In this document: piece by piece, positions 18,946-28,634 of the stretch
Layout of the letters: each line of letters opens with the position of its first letter
Position numbering within the stretch: the stretch's first letter is position 1
Source: an uncultured Rhabdochlamydiaceae bacterium
GTDB lineage: Bacteria; Chlamydiota; Chlamydiia; Chlamydiales; Rhabdochlamydiaceae
DNA: 64,000 nt
NCBI GenBank assembly: GCA_963712275.1
Contig: CAVQHD010000001.1
Coordinates: 1,852,169 to 1,916,168, forward strand
Direction: 5' to 3'
Translations under genes and position numbers: made by a program
Notes under the pieces: generated by a model
Databases searched by the model: none
Told to the model about the DNA's origin: nothing
The model's input: the letters and a program-made list of their open reading frames with translations, nothing else

Positions 18946-19567
18946 TCACCTGGACTGGAGAGGCCTCCCAAAGCCGCTCTGCAGAGCAGCTCAAAGTTGC
19001 GCCGGTGGTGATGGTGTCATCGACCAGTAAGACTTTTTTCCCTCTTAAGATTTGTTTTTTCTTCCATTGAAATTGATCGGGTGAGAGATCTTTTCGCTCT
19101 TCTTTGGAAAGGTGGTCTTGCCTAAACAATTGCCGCTGACGTTTAAGAAGAGGGTAGACCGGTCTGCTTAAAATTTTTCCCAATTCCTGCGCAATCAATT
19201 CAGCTGTTTTCCCTCCTGCTTGCCACCGTCTCCACCAGGAGGCAGGAACAGGGATAATCAAATCGGGCAAAGGGAGAGTGCTTTGTGTATATTGGACCGC
19301 CATATAAGCGGCAAGAAGAGATGCGCCTGCCAAAGAAGCCCCTTTTTTGATCTGCTCCATCAAGCTGCGCGCAGGCCCTATGTTCTCAAAGGTGATGATC
19401 GTCTTATTTTCATCTAAAATAGGCCGTACATCCATGTGCGAAGCGCACTCTTGGCACAGAGGAGCGCCGAGTTTTTCATGAAGAGTATGACAGTGAAGGC
19501 ACTTAGGCGGGAAGATAAGAGTTAGCGGAGAATATATTGAGGCTTTTCCCATGAGCCACGCACACAT
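18905..19567 (-). CDS. ComF-family phosphoribosyltransferase with double zinc ribbon
   Basis: FPPKCLHC...LCQEC, IIPVP, VLLVDDTITTGATL. Confidence 0.88.
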   Translation of the reverse strand: MCAWLMGKASIYSPLTLIFPPKCLHCHTLHEKLGAPLCQECASHMDVRPILDENKTIITFENIGPARSLMEQIKKGASLAGASLLAAYMAVQYTQSTLPLPDLIIPVPASWWRRWQAGGKTAELIAQELGKILSRPVYPLLKRQRQLFRQDHLSKEERKDLSPDQFQWKKKQILRGKKVLLVDDTITTGATLSCSAERLWEASPVQVIKMVCLDRGFLQQ

Positions 19568-22500
19568 AACGTAAAAGGTTGAGCGAGTTTTAAAGCCCCC
19601 ATTTGCTTCATTCGAAGGTTAAGAAAAAGTCCTCCTTTAAAATCGATATACGAAGGTTCTTCGTCTGAGAGAAAGAATTGCGACCGTTCCCCTTCACTCA
19701 CCGTTTCTTTTAAGGCTTGGAAGATAATTTTTCCCTGAGAGAGCTTCACCTCAGCAGAACCTCGAACTGGAGAGAGTAGAGCCAAATCCATCCCCCAATC
19801 TTTTAGAAGCGTGCGTGGAATATCAAAAAGGGAAGGATCTCGTTTCTCTTTCTGAGTAAAGTAGAGAAGCCCTTGGCCTTGAAATGTGAGGGGCCGCCCC
19901 ATCGTTCCTTTCAGATGGGTGACTGAAAGGCGCCTCATTTGAAAAGGCTTCACAGCTAAAGAAGCCTTTCCCAACTTGCGTAAGAGCGAGGGTTGAATTT
20001 GATCTCCTTTGATATGAGGAATCTCAATGTCCCACGCCTTTAAAGAATGGGATCGGGCCCCTTGCCATTCTTTCACAAAAAGATGTCCTGCCGGATCATC
20101 GATTTGAAGTTCCTGGATCAGAAAATGGGTTGGATGGTAGGTGGCAAAAGCGTGAAGCTCATTGAATATATATCCCTGCACAATTGCTTCTTTTCCATGA
20201 ATCTCTCCTTCGAAACTCCAAGAATCCCCTTCAGGCTCAAAGCGGCCGGTCGCTTGAAGATTACCCATTTGACTCCACTCCGGCTTATTCAGGAGCAATG
20301 CCAAAGGTTCAGCTGTTTTTAATTGAACCTCTCCTTCAAAGGCAACCCCTTTTCGATTCAATAAACAATTGGCGCCGTAAAGAGAACCTTTAATCTGCTC
20401 GATTTGGGGGAGCTTCGAAAAGGAGAGTTGAAGGCGATCTTCTCCATCAATAAGCTCTACAAACCCCTCTTCAAAAGATAAGAGGCGCCCTTTTGCTTGC
20501 AGAGGCTTCTGATTAAGCTGAAGCTGTGTTTGAAAATGCAAAACTCCTTTTTCATAAAGCGCATAAATATCACGCGCCCGCAAGTTAAGAATGCCCTTGG
20601 CATAACCGGCATCTGTTAAAGGACCTTGAAATACGAACCGCTCAGGACTCCAACTCAAATACAGAGATCCTACAATCGGTTTCTCTAAAAGAAGGTGTTC
20701 AGCAGTTGTTTGAACAGAAGAAGCTTCCAACTTTCCCTCTTTGAATTGAATAGAATTGCAAAAAAAGGAGATTTTCACATCTTTCCAAATAAGAGACCCC
20801 TTTTGAATCTCGGGTGATAACTGAGCGCTGACATAGGCTTCTCCCACGGCTAAATTATCGGTTTTCCAGATGCCCTCTTTCTGCTCAAGCCGTCCTTTGA
20901 TTGGAGAAAGCCTCTGCCCCTGTAGGATGATCCCCTGAGACTCCACATCAAAGAGCTTGCTCTCAGAAGAGAGTGTCCCCTGCACATGAAGATTCCCTTG
21001 CATCTGAGGCAAATAAGTCCCCTCCCAACCCCCTATCCGCCGAACCCAGGGTTCATATCGTTTGAGCCCTTCTAAATTAAGCAAAACCCCTCCTTGCAAC
21101 GTCCATTCCTCATCCGATTGGGAGTAAAAAAGCGGCTCTGTGAGTTTGCAACCCCCCATTACCCCAGAGCTGATCTGAAGTAAAAGCTGCTCGCCATAAT
21201 GCAGCTCTCCTGCAAAAGCAATCTCCTCCCCGGGAACAGCCCCTGAAAAAGAGAGGTGCGATGCTTGGCATGTCAAATCTCCCTGGATAGGCATCTCTCC
21301 CCAATTGGCCTCAAGCTGAGAAGTCGTCAGAACTCCCCCTTGGTAGACCAAAGTTCCTCTTGTAAACTGAATAGGCTCGGCACACCCTTTCAGATACACG
21401 ACTGAAGGGAGGCAATTCATTTGAAACGAAGCAACTCTACAATCTAAAGACCATTGAAATTGCAACAAAGAGGAGGCAAAAGAAAGGGTTAATTGTCCAT
21501 ACGGTTTTTCGACAGGGCCCTCCCATGAAACCTGTGTTTGGAATAGAGAATTAATCTTTGCCTCAAAAATGCTTGGCTGAAACAGATGATCTCGGATAAT
21601 GATGGATCCTGCTCCATTGATTAAATTCCAACCGTCTTGAGTATAAGCGACTCCATCGATTTGCAGGTCAGCCTGTTTGACTCTGCAATCAGAACTGAAG
21701 GTTGCATCCCCTTTGATCGAATCGCAAACCATTTTTTTCTGCAAAAGCTGCAGATCAGCAAGATGGAGGTTTGTCAGTTCAAGTGAAATGGGCTCATCTT
21801 TCTCAAAATAGGCCGCGACGTCGGCTGAGAATGTTCCTTGCAAAGACCCTTGCAAGGCTCCCTTGACGGAAAGTTGCGCTCCTTCCCTCCACTGCCCCTC
21901 CACCCCTAGACGTTGAAAATCCATCTCTCCCAAATCCGTTGCAACTTGAAGGTCAAAGGCAGTCAAAGTCCCCTCACAAGCAAAACGACCTCCTCGAGAA
22001 TAGGTCCCTCGGATGTCGGCATCTAGCAAGCCCCCTTGCCACTGAACAGGAGTTTTAATCGAACTCAAATTCAAAAAAGGGTGTAATCGAAAAAGTGGTG
22101 CTTGAGAGAGTTTGAGTTCATAAGAAAGATCTTGCGCTCGGCTCTGAAGCACGCACGTGCAATAGGGGTTCCCTTCTTCAGAAAATAAGATCAATGTGCC
22201 AAGATTTTCTTCTCCACTCACCCATTCGCAAAATCCCATCGGTTCAAGATCAATGGCAACATCGCTGCGCTCGAGATCGAGTTTAATAGAGCTCCACCGC
22301 GTGGGGAGAAGGAAAGTAAAATTAAAGTGGGGGGACATGTCCGAGGAGAGTTGAAGATGAGGCTCTGTGAAATAGGCTTCTAAAGCAAAATGAGGTGGAA
22401 AAAATTTAAGCTGGGGTGTAAGCTGGAGCTGAGAAGCTGAAAGCTCTTTTCCAAGCACGACAGAATCATAGATGAGGCTTCCATTTTTCCATGTCCGTTT

Positions 22501-22659
22501 CTCATAGGCAAAAGTCTCATGTGCAACGTGTGCAAGTATTCCCTCAAACGTAGCAGCAAACAAGAGATGTCGAAAAAGGTAGACCGTCAAAAAGAGCCCT
22601 AAGACCCCCCATAAGGATTTGGGAACTCGTTTTTTAGCTGGGCTCAGTGAGTTTTTCAT
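19522..22659 (-). CDS. Large membrane-anchored, beta-rich hypothetical protein (possibly AsmA/TamB-like)
   Basis: 1045-aa ORF with an N-terminal TM and beta-strand-like composition; ends VRGSWEKPQY. The family call is inference. Confidence 0.6.
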   Translation of the reverse strand: MKNSLSPAKKRVPKSLWGVLGLFLTVYLFRHLLFAATFEGILAHVAHETFAYEKRTWKNGSLIYDSVVLGKELSASQLQLTPQLKFFPPHFALEAYFTEPHLQLSSDMSPHFNFTFLLPTRWSSIKLDLERSDVAIDLEPMGFCEWVSGEENLGTLILFSEEGNPYCTCVLQSRAQDLSYELKLSQAPLFRLHPFLNLSSIKTPVQWQGGLLDADIRGTYSRGGRFACEGTLTAFDLQVATDLGEMDFQRLGVEGQWREGAQLSVKGALQGSLQGTFSADVAAYFEKDEPISLELTNLHLADLQLLQKKMVCDSIKGDATFSSDCRVKQADLQIDGVAYTQDGWNLINGAGSIIIRDHLFQPSIFEAKINSLFQTQVSWEGPVEKPYGQLTLSFASSLLQFQWSLDCRVASFQMNCLPSVVYLKGCAEPIQFTRGTLVYQGGVLTTSQLEANWGEMPIQGDLTCQASHLSFSGAVPGEEIAFAGELHYGEQLLLQISSGVMGGCKLTEPLFYSQSDEEWTLQGGVLLNLEGLKRYEPWVRRIGGWEGTYLPQMQGNLHVQGTLSSESKLFDVESQGIILQGQRLSPIKGRLEQKEGIWKTDNLAVGEAYVSAQLSPEIQKGSLIWKDVKISFFCNSIQFKEGKLEASSVQTTAEHLLLEKPIVGSLYLSWSPERFVFQGPLTDAGYAKGILNLRARDIYALYEKGVLHFQTQLQLNQKPLQAKGRLLSFEEGFVELIDGEDRLQLSFSKLPQIEQIKGSLYGANCLLNRKGVAFEGEVQLKTAEPLALLLNKPEWSQMGNLQATGRFEPEGDSWSFEGEIHGKEAIVQGYIFNELHAFATYHPTHFLIQELQIDDPAGHLFVKEWQGARSHSLKAWDIEIPHIKGDQIQPSLLRKLGKASLAVKPFQMRRLSVTHLKGTMGRPLTFQGQGLLYFTQKEKRDPSLFDIPRTLLKDWGMDLALLSPVRGSAEVKLSQGKIIFQALKETVSEGERSQFFLSDEEPSYIDFKGGLFLNLRMKQMGALKLAQPFTLCVRGSWEKPQYILR

Positions 22660-23002
22660 AGGCTTCTCGCGATATCAGTTGTGCCAACTCTTCCGGCTGG
22701 GTAAGTGTGATTTTGTAGAGCCATCCTTCCCCTTCAGGAGCACGATTCAAAAGATCTGGAGAATGCTTCACCTGATCGTTGACCCTTGTGATCACACCTG
22801 TTACCGGAGCGTAGATATCTGCCGCCGCTTTCGTCGACTCCAAGACCACCGTCTCTTCGCCAGCTCGCACCTCACGACCGACTTCAGGCAGCTCAATAAA
22901 TACAATTTCCCCCAGTTCTTGTTGAGCATATTCTGTGACGCCAACCCAACCCTCTTCTCCTTGAACTTCAATCCACTCATGAGAATCTGTAAAAAGCTTC
23001 AT
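22634..23002 (-). CDS. gcvH: Glycine cleavage system H protein
   Basis: FTDSHEW, GVTEYAQQELGEIVF, ESTKAAADIYAP (lipoyl-Lys), EGWLYKI. Confidence 0.96.
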   Translation of the reverse strand: MKLFTDSHEWIEVQGEEGWVGVTEYAQQELGEIVFIELPEVGREVRAGEETVVLESTKAAADIYAPVTGVITRVNDQVKHSPDLLNRAPEGEGWLYKITLTQPEELAQLISREAYEKLTEPS

Positions 23003-23634
23003 ACAATTCCTTTTTTCAACTCACAACTTGCCCATAACGAAGGATTTTGAGCAATGGAGACATAGTCCGATGAGACAGCAAAATTTTGCGGATTGCCTTT
23101 GAATCTATGAACCGTATAAGTAAACCCTAATCGATCACAGACTTGAGGATCGTATCCATGCAAAATCTCAGCGGGAAAATGAAGATCGAGAAAATATTCT
23201 TTTGAGCTTTCACGAAATAGAACCTCTATCTTTTCAGGATCGCAAAGAGGGTGGCTCTCCTCACCTCGAAAGCGGGAAAGCTCAAGAGCTCTGACTCCTT
23301 GAACCTCTTGTGGAAGAATCAAAAAATGATGACAAAAGCGCGTTGGAAACCCCGCCTCTTTTAAATTCCGAGTATCGAAAAAAAGTTCGAGAGCATCTCC
23401 TTCTGAGAATTTAGGATAAGAGACCTCTTCAAACTTTTTATGGGCATGCATGCGGATAAAAAGCCCCTCTTCATGCCACGTCATTCCCATATCGGCAAAA
23501 CAATCTTCTCCCAGCAGTTCAGTTGTATCTGGAAGAAGAGATTTCTTAGGAGGAACTTTTTTACCATATGGAACCTCTACATGGAGGCAAAAAAAATGGA
23601 TAGGGGCTAGTGGACTGATCTCTGCGCCAATCAA
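22999..23634 (-). CDS. Hypothetical protein (possible CBM9/DOMON-like fold)
   Basis: 211-aa ORF with 4-bp overlaps to both neighbours; GDALELFFDTR motif. Confidence 0.7.
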   Translation of the reverse strand: MIGAEISPLAPIHFFCLHVEVPYGKKVPPKKSLLPDTTELLGEDCFADMGMTWHEEGLFIRMHAHKKFEEVSYPKFSEGDALELFFDTRNLKEAGFPTRFCHHFLILPQEVQGVRALELSRFRGEESHPLCDPEKIEVLFRESSKEYFLDLHFPAEILHGYDPQVCDRLGFTYTVHRFKGNPQNFAVSSDYVSIAQNPSLWASCELKKGIV

Positions 23635-25826
23635 AGCGGACCTATTTCTTCTATGAGAGATTGGACCATGTGCCTTGCCATATCGCGCCCCATCAACTTT
23701 TGTCCTTCTGTGACTTGATCATGGACGCAGCTCGTTGATGCCTCTCTTTTTAAAAGATGGAAAAAAGCAATACCGCCTCCTGGCGCCGTTACAACAGAGG
23801 AAAAACTGCCAAGCGCTTGAGAAAACAGCTCGCTTTTTGCAAAGCTCGTTGTATCGCTCCGTTTCACTTCCTCATGGCGCTTCACGATTCTCCATTGATC
23901 GATCAGAGCATCATCCACAGCAACCAAAAATTTTGATGCCGCCTCTTCTTTCTGGACCGACTGCTTCACATGTTCCATCATTTTTTCAAACCGTTTTGAA
24001 GCGTATTCTTCCAAGGGAAGAGAGGTCGATGAAACCGCTTTTAAAAGATCTGAATAAACATAAGCGCCCACATGATCCCGAACTTCTTTAAATGGCTTCC
24101 ATGATCCATCTGATGCTTTATAAATGGCGGCGTCTTTTTTGCGCGCTTCAAGATGAGCTGCTTCAAGTTTTTCATCAAGAAGAGTTCCTAGCCAATCATT
24201 CTCAAGCGCTTTTTGAAGCGTCATGATCTCTTTTTTCTCAGCCTTTTTAAGCACTTTAATTTGATAGTACGTGCCCTCTTCAGGACTATTAAAGGCAATG
24301 GGGACTCCCACCGCTGCTTTTTGAAGCGCCTCTCGCAACGCCTCTGTATCTTCAATGTCGTCAAAAGGAGAAACAGCTCCTTTATGTCGAATGTCAACGT
24401 TCATTTTTTCTAAAGGAATCGATTTAAACGCCTCTTCAACCCACTGCGGATGCAGTTTTACAACCCATTGTTTTGCAAAACGATCGATTTTCTTGCGCAC
24501 TTCTGGATGGATTTCATCGAGTATTTTTAAACGTTTTTCAGCAGTCTCTGTTTCTGGTTTTCTTAAATCAGGAAATTGCTTTTCTAAAAGGTCCCATCCC
24601 GCATCACTAACTTCAAAATCCCACGTCTCTTTTAAACTCAGGCGAGAAGAGAGGGCCTCTTGCGATATTTTACCAACTTCAAGCTCATAGGAGCTAATGA
24701 CCAGCTGCGGATGCCTCTTTTCGATGTCCTCAACAGAGTAAAATTGCCGTGGTAAATCTGAAATTGCCTGTTTTCCTTTCGAAGAAACAGCCTCCAGATA
24801 ATATTGAACTTTCAGCATCGAGCGAAAATCTTTGAGCCGAAGCGTTTCAGGCAGCTCGTAAACATCAACAGATGCTTTAGCGTCCGCAAATGAAGCAAAT
24901 TGCTCGTAGGGAAGGGGATCGAATAAAACCCCTTGCTCCACATCTTCAAAAAACCGGTGCACGAGCATCACTTTTCTCCAAAGCTGAACCATTCGGCTCT
25001 CGTCTAAGCCCGCCATCTGAAGCTGCAAGCGAAAAAAATCGATCGCCTGCTCTAAAGAAACCTCTTGCTGCACCGCTTTCATTTTGAGAGCTTGATAACA
25101 TGTTTTCATCAAATCTGTGCGCGCTTCCTGCTGTGAAACTTTATACCCCTTTTTTTCAGCAATAGCAGCTGTATTTAAAATAAATTTTCCCACCAGTTCT
25201 GAAAAGCGGGCTCCAAACCACTCTTCAAAGGTTTGGTATCCGAAAAGCGCAAGAAACCTGGCATCTCTGAGTTCGTAATCTGGGGCAAGCCCAGAATATT
25301 GGTGCTGTTCATAGAGCAAAACAGCGCGAAGAAGCTCGGGTGGAAAAGCTTGCTGATCGAGATAAAGCTCTGCGTACGTTTGAAAAGTCTTTGCAGAGAT
25401 CTGAGCTGCCTGCACCTCTTTTAAATGGAGGTAGAGCTGAGGAGCAAACCGGTTCCAAACCCCCACCGCGTTTAAAAACGGAGCTTGGGGATGAGAATAA
25501 AATGAAGCACTCTTCACTTTTTGCAACTTTGCTTGAAACTCCTGCTGAATTTCACTGAAATAGTTCTCAGCAAGAAGAGATAAAGCTCCCGTCTGAGCAA
25601 GGTCTGATCGGACCCTATCACTAGCCCCCAAGGAGAGCAATTGAATCACTGCCTTTAAATCTCTCTCATAGATTGATGATCCATCGATTGCCTTGCCGAT
25701 TTTTCGATTGGGGATCTCTTCTCCAACGAATGCTCCAGAAGTTCCAAAAAATGTAAAAGACACAATCGTTATGATTGCGATCACAAAAAACATTTTCTTC
25801 TGGTGTTTGCGTAAAAACTGCATCAT
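23631..25826 (-). CDS. Conserved chlamydial membrane-anchored protein (CT283-like; SurA/PpiD-type N-terminus)
   Basis: MMQFLRKHQK + TM + SFTFFG start; 731 aa; next to gcvH. Confidence 0.7.
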   Translation of the reverse strand: MMQFLRKHQKKMFFVIAIITIVSFTFFGTSGAFVGEEIPNRKIGKAIDGSSIYERDLKAVIQLLSLGASDRVRSDLAQTGALSLLAENYFSEIQQEFQAKLQKVKSASFYSHPQAPFLNAVGVWNRFAPQLYLHLKEVQAAQISAKTFQTYAELYLDQQAFPPELLRAVLLYEQHQYSGLAPDYELRDARFLALFGYQTFEEWFGARFSELVGKFILNTAAIAEKKGYKVSQQEARTDLMKTCYQALKMKAVQQEVSLEQAIDFFRLQLQMAGLDESRMVQLWRKVMLVHRFFEDVEQGVLFDPLPYEQFASFADAKASVDVYELPETLRLKDFRSMLKVQYYLEAVSSKGKQAISDLPRQFYSVEDIEKRHPQLVISSYELEVGKISQEALSSRLSLKETWDFEVSDAGWDLLEKQFPDLRKPETETAEKRLKILDEIHPEVRKKIDRFAKQWVVKLHPQWVEEAFKSIPLEKMNVDIRHKGAVSPFDDIEDTEALREALQKAAVGVPIAFNSPEEGTYYQIKVLKKAEKKEIMTLQKALENDWLGTLLDEKLEAAHLEARKKDAAIYKASDGSWKPFKEVRDHVGAYVYSDLLKAVSSTSLPLEEYASKRFEKMMEHVKQSVQKEEAASKFLVAVDDALIDQWRIVKRHEEVKRSDTTSFAKSELFSQALGSFSSVVTAPGGGIAFFHLLKREASTSCVHDQVTEGQKLMGRDMARHMVQSLIEEIGPL

Positions 25827-25838
25827 ACTTTACCCAAA

Positions 25839-27362
25839 TTAGTAAGCTTTAGCGTAAATGACCCGCTGCAGGCTCTTTTTTCCTGAGATCACGCAGGCGC
25901 CTTCTTCCTTTTCACTCTCCAGAGGAATACACCGAATTGTCACGCCCAGATCTTCTTTGATCTGCTTTTCCACTTGAGGATCTCCTGACCAATGGGAGAG
26001 GGCAAACCCTCCGTGAATTTCAGGCTGCTCCTCATTTTTCGGAGTAAAAAATGCATAAAACTCCTCTTTAGAGTCAATCTTTCGAAGGTGGGCATCTCGA
26101 TGTTGAACTGCTTTTAAATACATCCCATTCTGAATTTCATCCAAAATTGACGCCAGCTTGGCAACCACCTCTCCCCGTGACAGCTTGACAGATTCCTTAT
26201 GAGGATGGCCTCGCCGCGCTACCGGGAGCAGATCTGCCGCGATATCCCTGGGCCCCACCTCGATTCTCAGAGGAACGCCCTTCTTGATCCACGACCACAT
26301 CTTCTCCCCTCCTCGAAGGTCTCTCTCATCGACAACGATTCTCATCGGTTCCTCACAATAAATCAGATGCCGAAGCTCCTGCGCCAAACGGTGGCAATAA
26401 TCTAGCACTTCTGCGCGCGTCTCTTCTTTATGAATCACAGGAATGATCACGGCGTGAGCCGAAGCAATCCGCGGAGGAAGAATAAGACCATCGTCGTCAC
26501 TATGCGTCATGACGAGAGCTCCAATGAGCCGAGTGGTTGCCCCCCACGACGTTGTCCATGCATAGGCAGTCTCTCCTTGAGCGTCGCGGAATTTGATGTC
26601 CGATGCCTTTGCAAAATTTTGACCCAGAAAATGAGACGTCCCCATCTGAAGCGCCTTTCGATCTTGCATCATCCCTTCAATCGTATAGGTTGCAACCGCC
26701 CCGGGAAATCGTTCAGACGCCGTCTTCTCTCCCTTGATCACCGGAATTGCAAGCCTTTTTTTAACAAAATTTTCGTAAATGTCTAGCATTCGGAGCGTCT
26801 CTTCAGTCGCCTCTTCTGCAGTCGCGTGGGCTGTATGCCCCTCCTGCCATAAAAATTCTGTTGTCCTCAAAAAGAGGCGGGTTCTCATCTCCCATCGAAC
26901 AACATTGGCCCATTGATTGATAAGAAGAGGAAGATCCCGATAGGAGGTGATCCATTTTGAAAACATCTCTCCGATGATCATTTCCGATGTCGGACGGACA
27001 ATCAAAGGCTCCTCTAGCTCCCCTGCAGGCACAAGCTTTCCTTCTCGATTTTTCTCAAGGCGATGATGAGTGACAATGGCACACTCTTGAGCAAAACCTT
27101 CGATATGATCGGCCTCTTTTTGCAAATAGCTGCACGGAATAAAAAGAGGGAAATAGGCGTTTTGGTGCCCTGTTTCTTTAAATTTTGCATCGAGAACTCT
27201 CTGCATATTTTCCCAAAGGGAATACCCCCACGGCTTAATCACCATACACCCCCGTACAGGCGCATGTTCTGCTAAATCAGCCGCTTTTAGCACCTCCTGG
27301 TACCACTGTGTATAATTCTCCGCGCGTGTTGGCTCAACTGCTGATTTCTGTTTCTGATTCAT
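25839..27362 (-). CDS. proS: Proline--tRNA ligase, eukaryote/archaea-like type
   Basis: VRPTSE, QWANVVRWE, FLRTTEFLWQEGHT, SHFLGQNF, C-terminal YAKAY. Confidence 0.97.
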   Translation of the reverse strand: MNQKQKSAVEPTRAENYTQWYQEVLKAADLAEHAPVRGCMVIKPWGYSLWENMQRVLDAKFKETGHQNAYFPLFIPCSYLQKEADHIEGFAQECAIVTHHRLEKNREGKLVPAGELEEPLIVRPTSEMIIGEMFSKWITSYRDLPLLINQWANVVRWEMRTRLFLRTTEFLWQEGHTAHATAEEATEETLRMLDIYENFVKKRLAIPVIKGEKTASERFPGAVATYTIEGMMQDRKALQMGTSHFLGQNFAKASDIKFRDAQGETAYAWTTSWGATTRLIGALVMTHSDDDGLILPPRIASAHAVIIPVIHKEETRAEVLDYCHRLAQELRHLIYCEEPMRIVVDERDLRGGEKMWSWIKKGVPLRIEVGPRDIAADLLPVARRGHPHKESVKLSRGEVVAKLASILDEIQNGMYLKAVQHRDAHLRKIDSKEEFYAFFTPKNEEQPEIHGGFALSHWSGDPQVEKQIKEDLGVTIRCIPLESEKEEGACVISGKKSLQRVIYAKAY

Positions 27363-27371
27363 ACAGTTCCG

Positions 27372-28124
27372 TTAAAGATTTAAAAAGCGAATTTTTAAAA
27401 GCTCTCGCAATTGCCGCCTCCCCTCTTCTAGAGAATCATTTTCCCCGAGAAGCGGAAACGTCGTCTGCCTCATCGCTTCTCTTACATCTTGCGAAGGTAA
27501 GATTTCATCGAGCAAATTGAGATCGGGAAATTGGAGCGCAATTGTCCCCTGATGCAAAAATCCTTGTTTCATCTTCCGCTGAGCAGCCCCCGCAATTTTC
27601 TTCTTTCCGACGACAAGGTCATATTTTGTCGGCCTTGCCATACAAAAGAACGCCTGCTGCGGGTTTTTCATCATAAAATCATGCGGCGTCAAACTCATGA
27701 CAGCATTTTTTCCGACAAAATCTTGCACCACGGAGAAGATAACTTGATTGATCAGCTCATAATTGTCGAGAGTATTTTGAGAAAAAAGGGATGATCCCGA
27801 GGGAATGAGCACTGAAAACGCCAAATCCCATACATGGAATACAACCCCCCCGCCTGTTGGCCGCCGGGCAAGATCAAACCCATGCCTTTCCACCGCCTCC
27901 AAATTTAAAAGCCGCTCCGGCCTCGCAAAAAAACCGTACGTTAAACTTGGGCAAGTCCAATCATAAAGGTGTAAAATAGGCAGTGCTGTCGGGACAAGAG
28001 TCTTCAAGAGCTCCCCGTCATACTCCATGTTGGAAGCCGCAGAAGCAGCTTCCCTTTCAATTAAATTCCACGCCATATGTCTATCAAATGCTAGAAGGTA
28101 TAAGAGACTGTCTAAGGAAGCCAT
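27372..28124 (-). CDS. Lipoate-protein ligase A family protein
   Basis: NMEYD, RRPTGGGVVFH, KKIAGAAQR, LHQGTI; the true start may be MAWNL (about 28076). Confidence 0.9.
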   Translation of the reverse strand: MASLDSLLYLLAFDRHMAWNLIEREAASAASNMEYDGELLKTLVPTALPILHLYDWTCPSLTYGFFARPERLLNLEAVERHGFDLARRPTGGGVVFHVWDLAFSVLIPSGSSLFSQNTLDNYELINQVIFSVVQDFVGKNAVMSLTPHDFMMKNPQQAFFCMARPTKYDLVVGKKKIAGAAQRKMKQGFLHQGTIALQFPDLNLLDEILPSQDVREAMRQTTFPLLGENDSLEEGRRQLRELLKIRFLNL

Positions 28125-28179
28125 TTTACTGAATATGCAAGTTAAATAAGAACAGTTTTTTTAAAAAAGATAAGGACAT

Positions 28180-28589
28180 AGGAAATTATAACAAATATTT
28201 GAAACCTCTGTTGACTCGCTCTTAGTTACATTTTTTCACCACGGAGGCACGGAGAGGGATGAGATTGCACAGAGAAAAAAAGAAAGATTTCTGCAAAAAA
28301 ATATTCATTGGTCATCAAGGGATTTGATATACGCATCAGAGAGAATTGCAAAACTACCGCCCAAAAAGTGATTTTTGGGGAGTAAACGAATGTTTCACGA
28401 TACAAACTCCCAAAAATCACTTTTTGGGCGGTAGTTTTGCAATTCTCTCATCATTTTATTTGCCGCATTTCGCGGTTGGAATCTTTCCTTTTTTCTCTGT
28501 GCAATCTCATCCCTCTCCGTGCCTCCGTGGTGAAAAAATGTAACTAAGGGCGAGTCAACAGAGGTTTCAAATATTTGTTATAATTTCCT
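28180..28589. repeat. Long palindromic element, family A, copy 3 (110-bp arms, 190-bp interior)
   Basis: 28180-28289 versus the reverse complement of 28480-28589; 2 mismatches. Confidence 0.95.
28339..28449. repeat. Second palindromic element nested inside family A copy 3 (about 44-bp arms)
   Basis: GAGAGAATTGCAAAACTACCGCCCAAAAAGTGATTTTTGGG(G)AGT and its reverse complement; ATCA on both flanks. Confidence 0.93.
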
Positions 28590-28634
28590 CCACTTTATTT
28601 TTTGCCTTTGCAGAGAATTTTTTAGTGCATTAAA

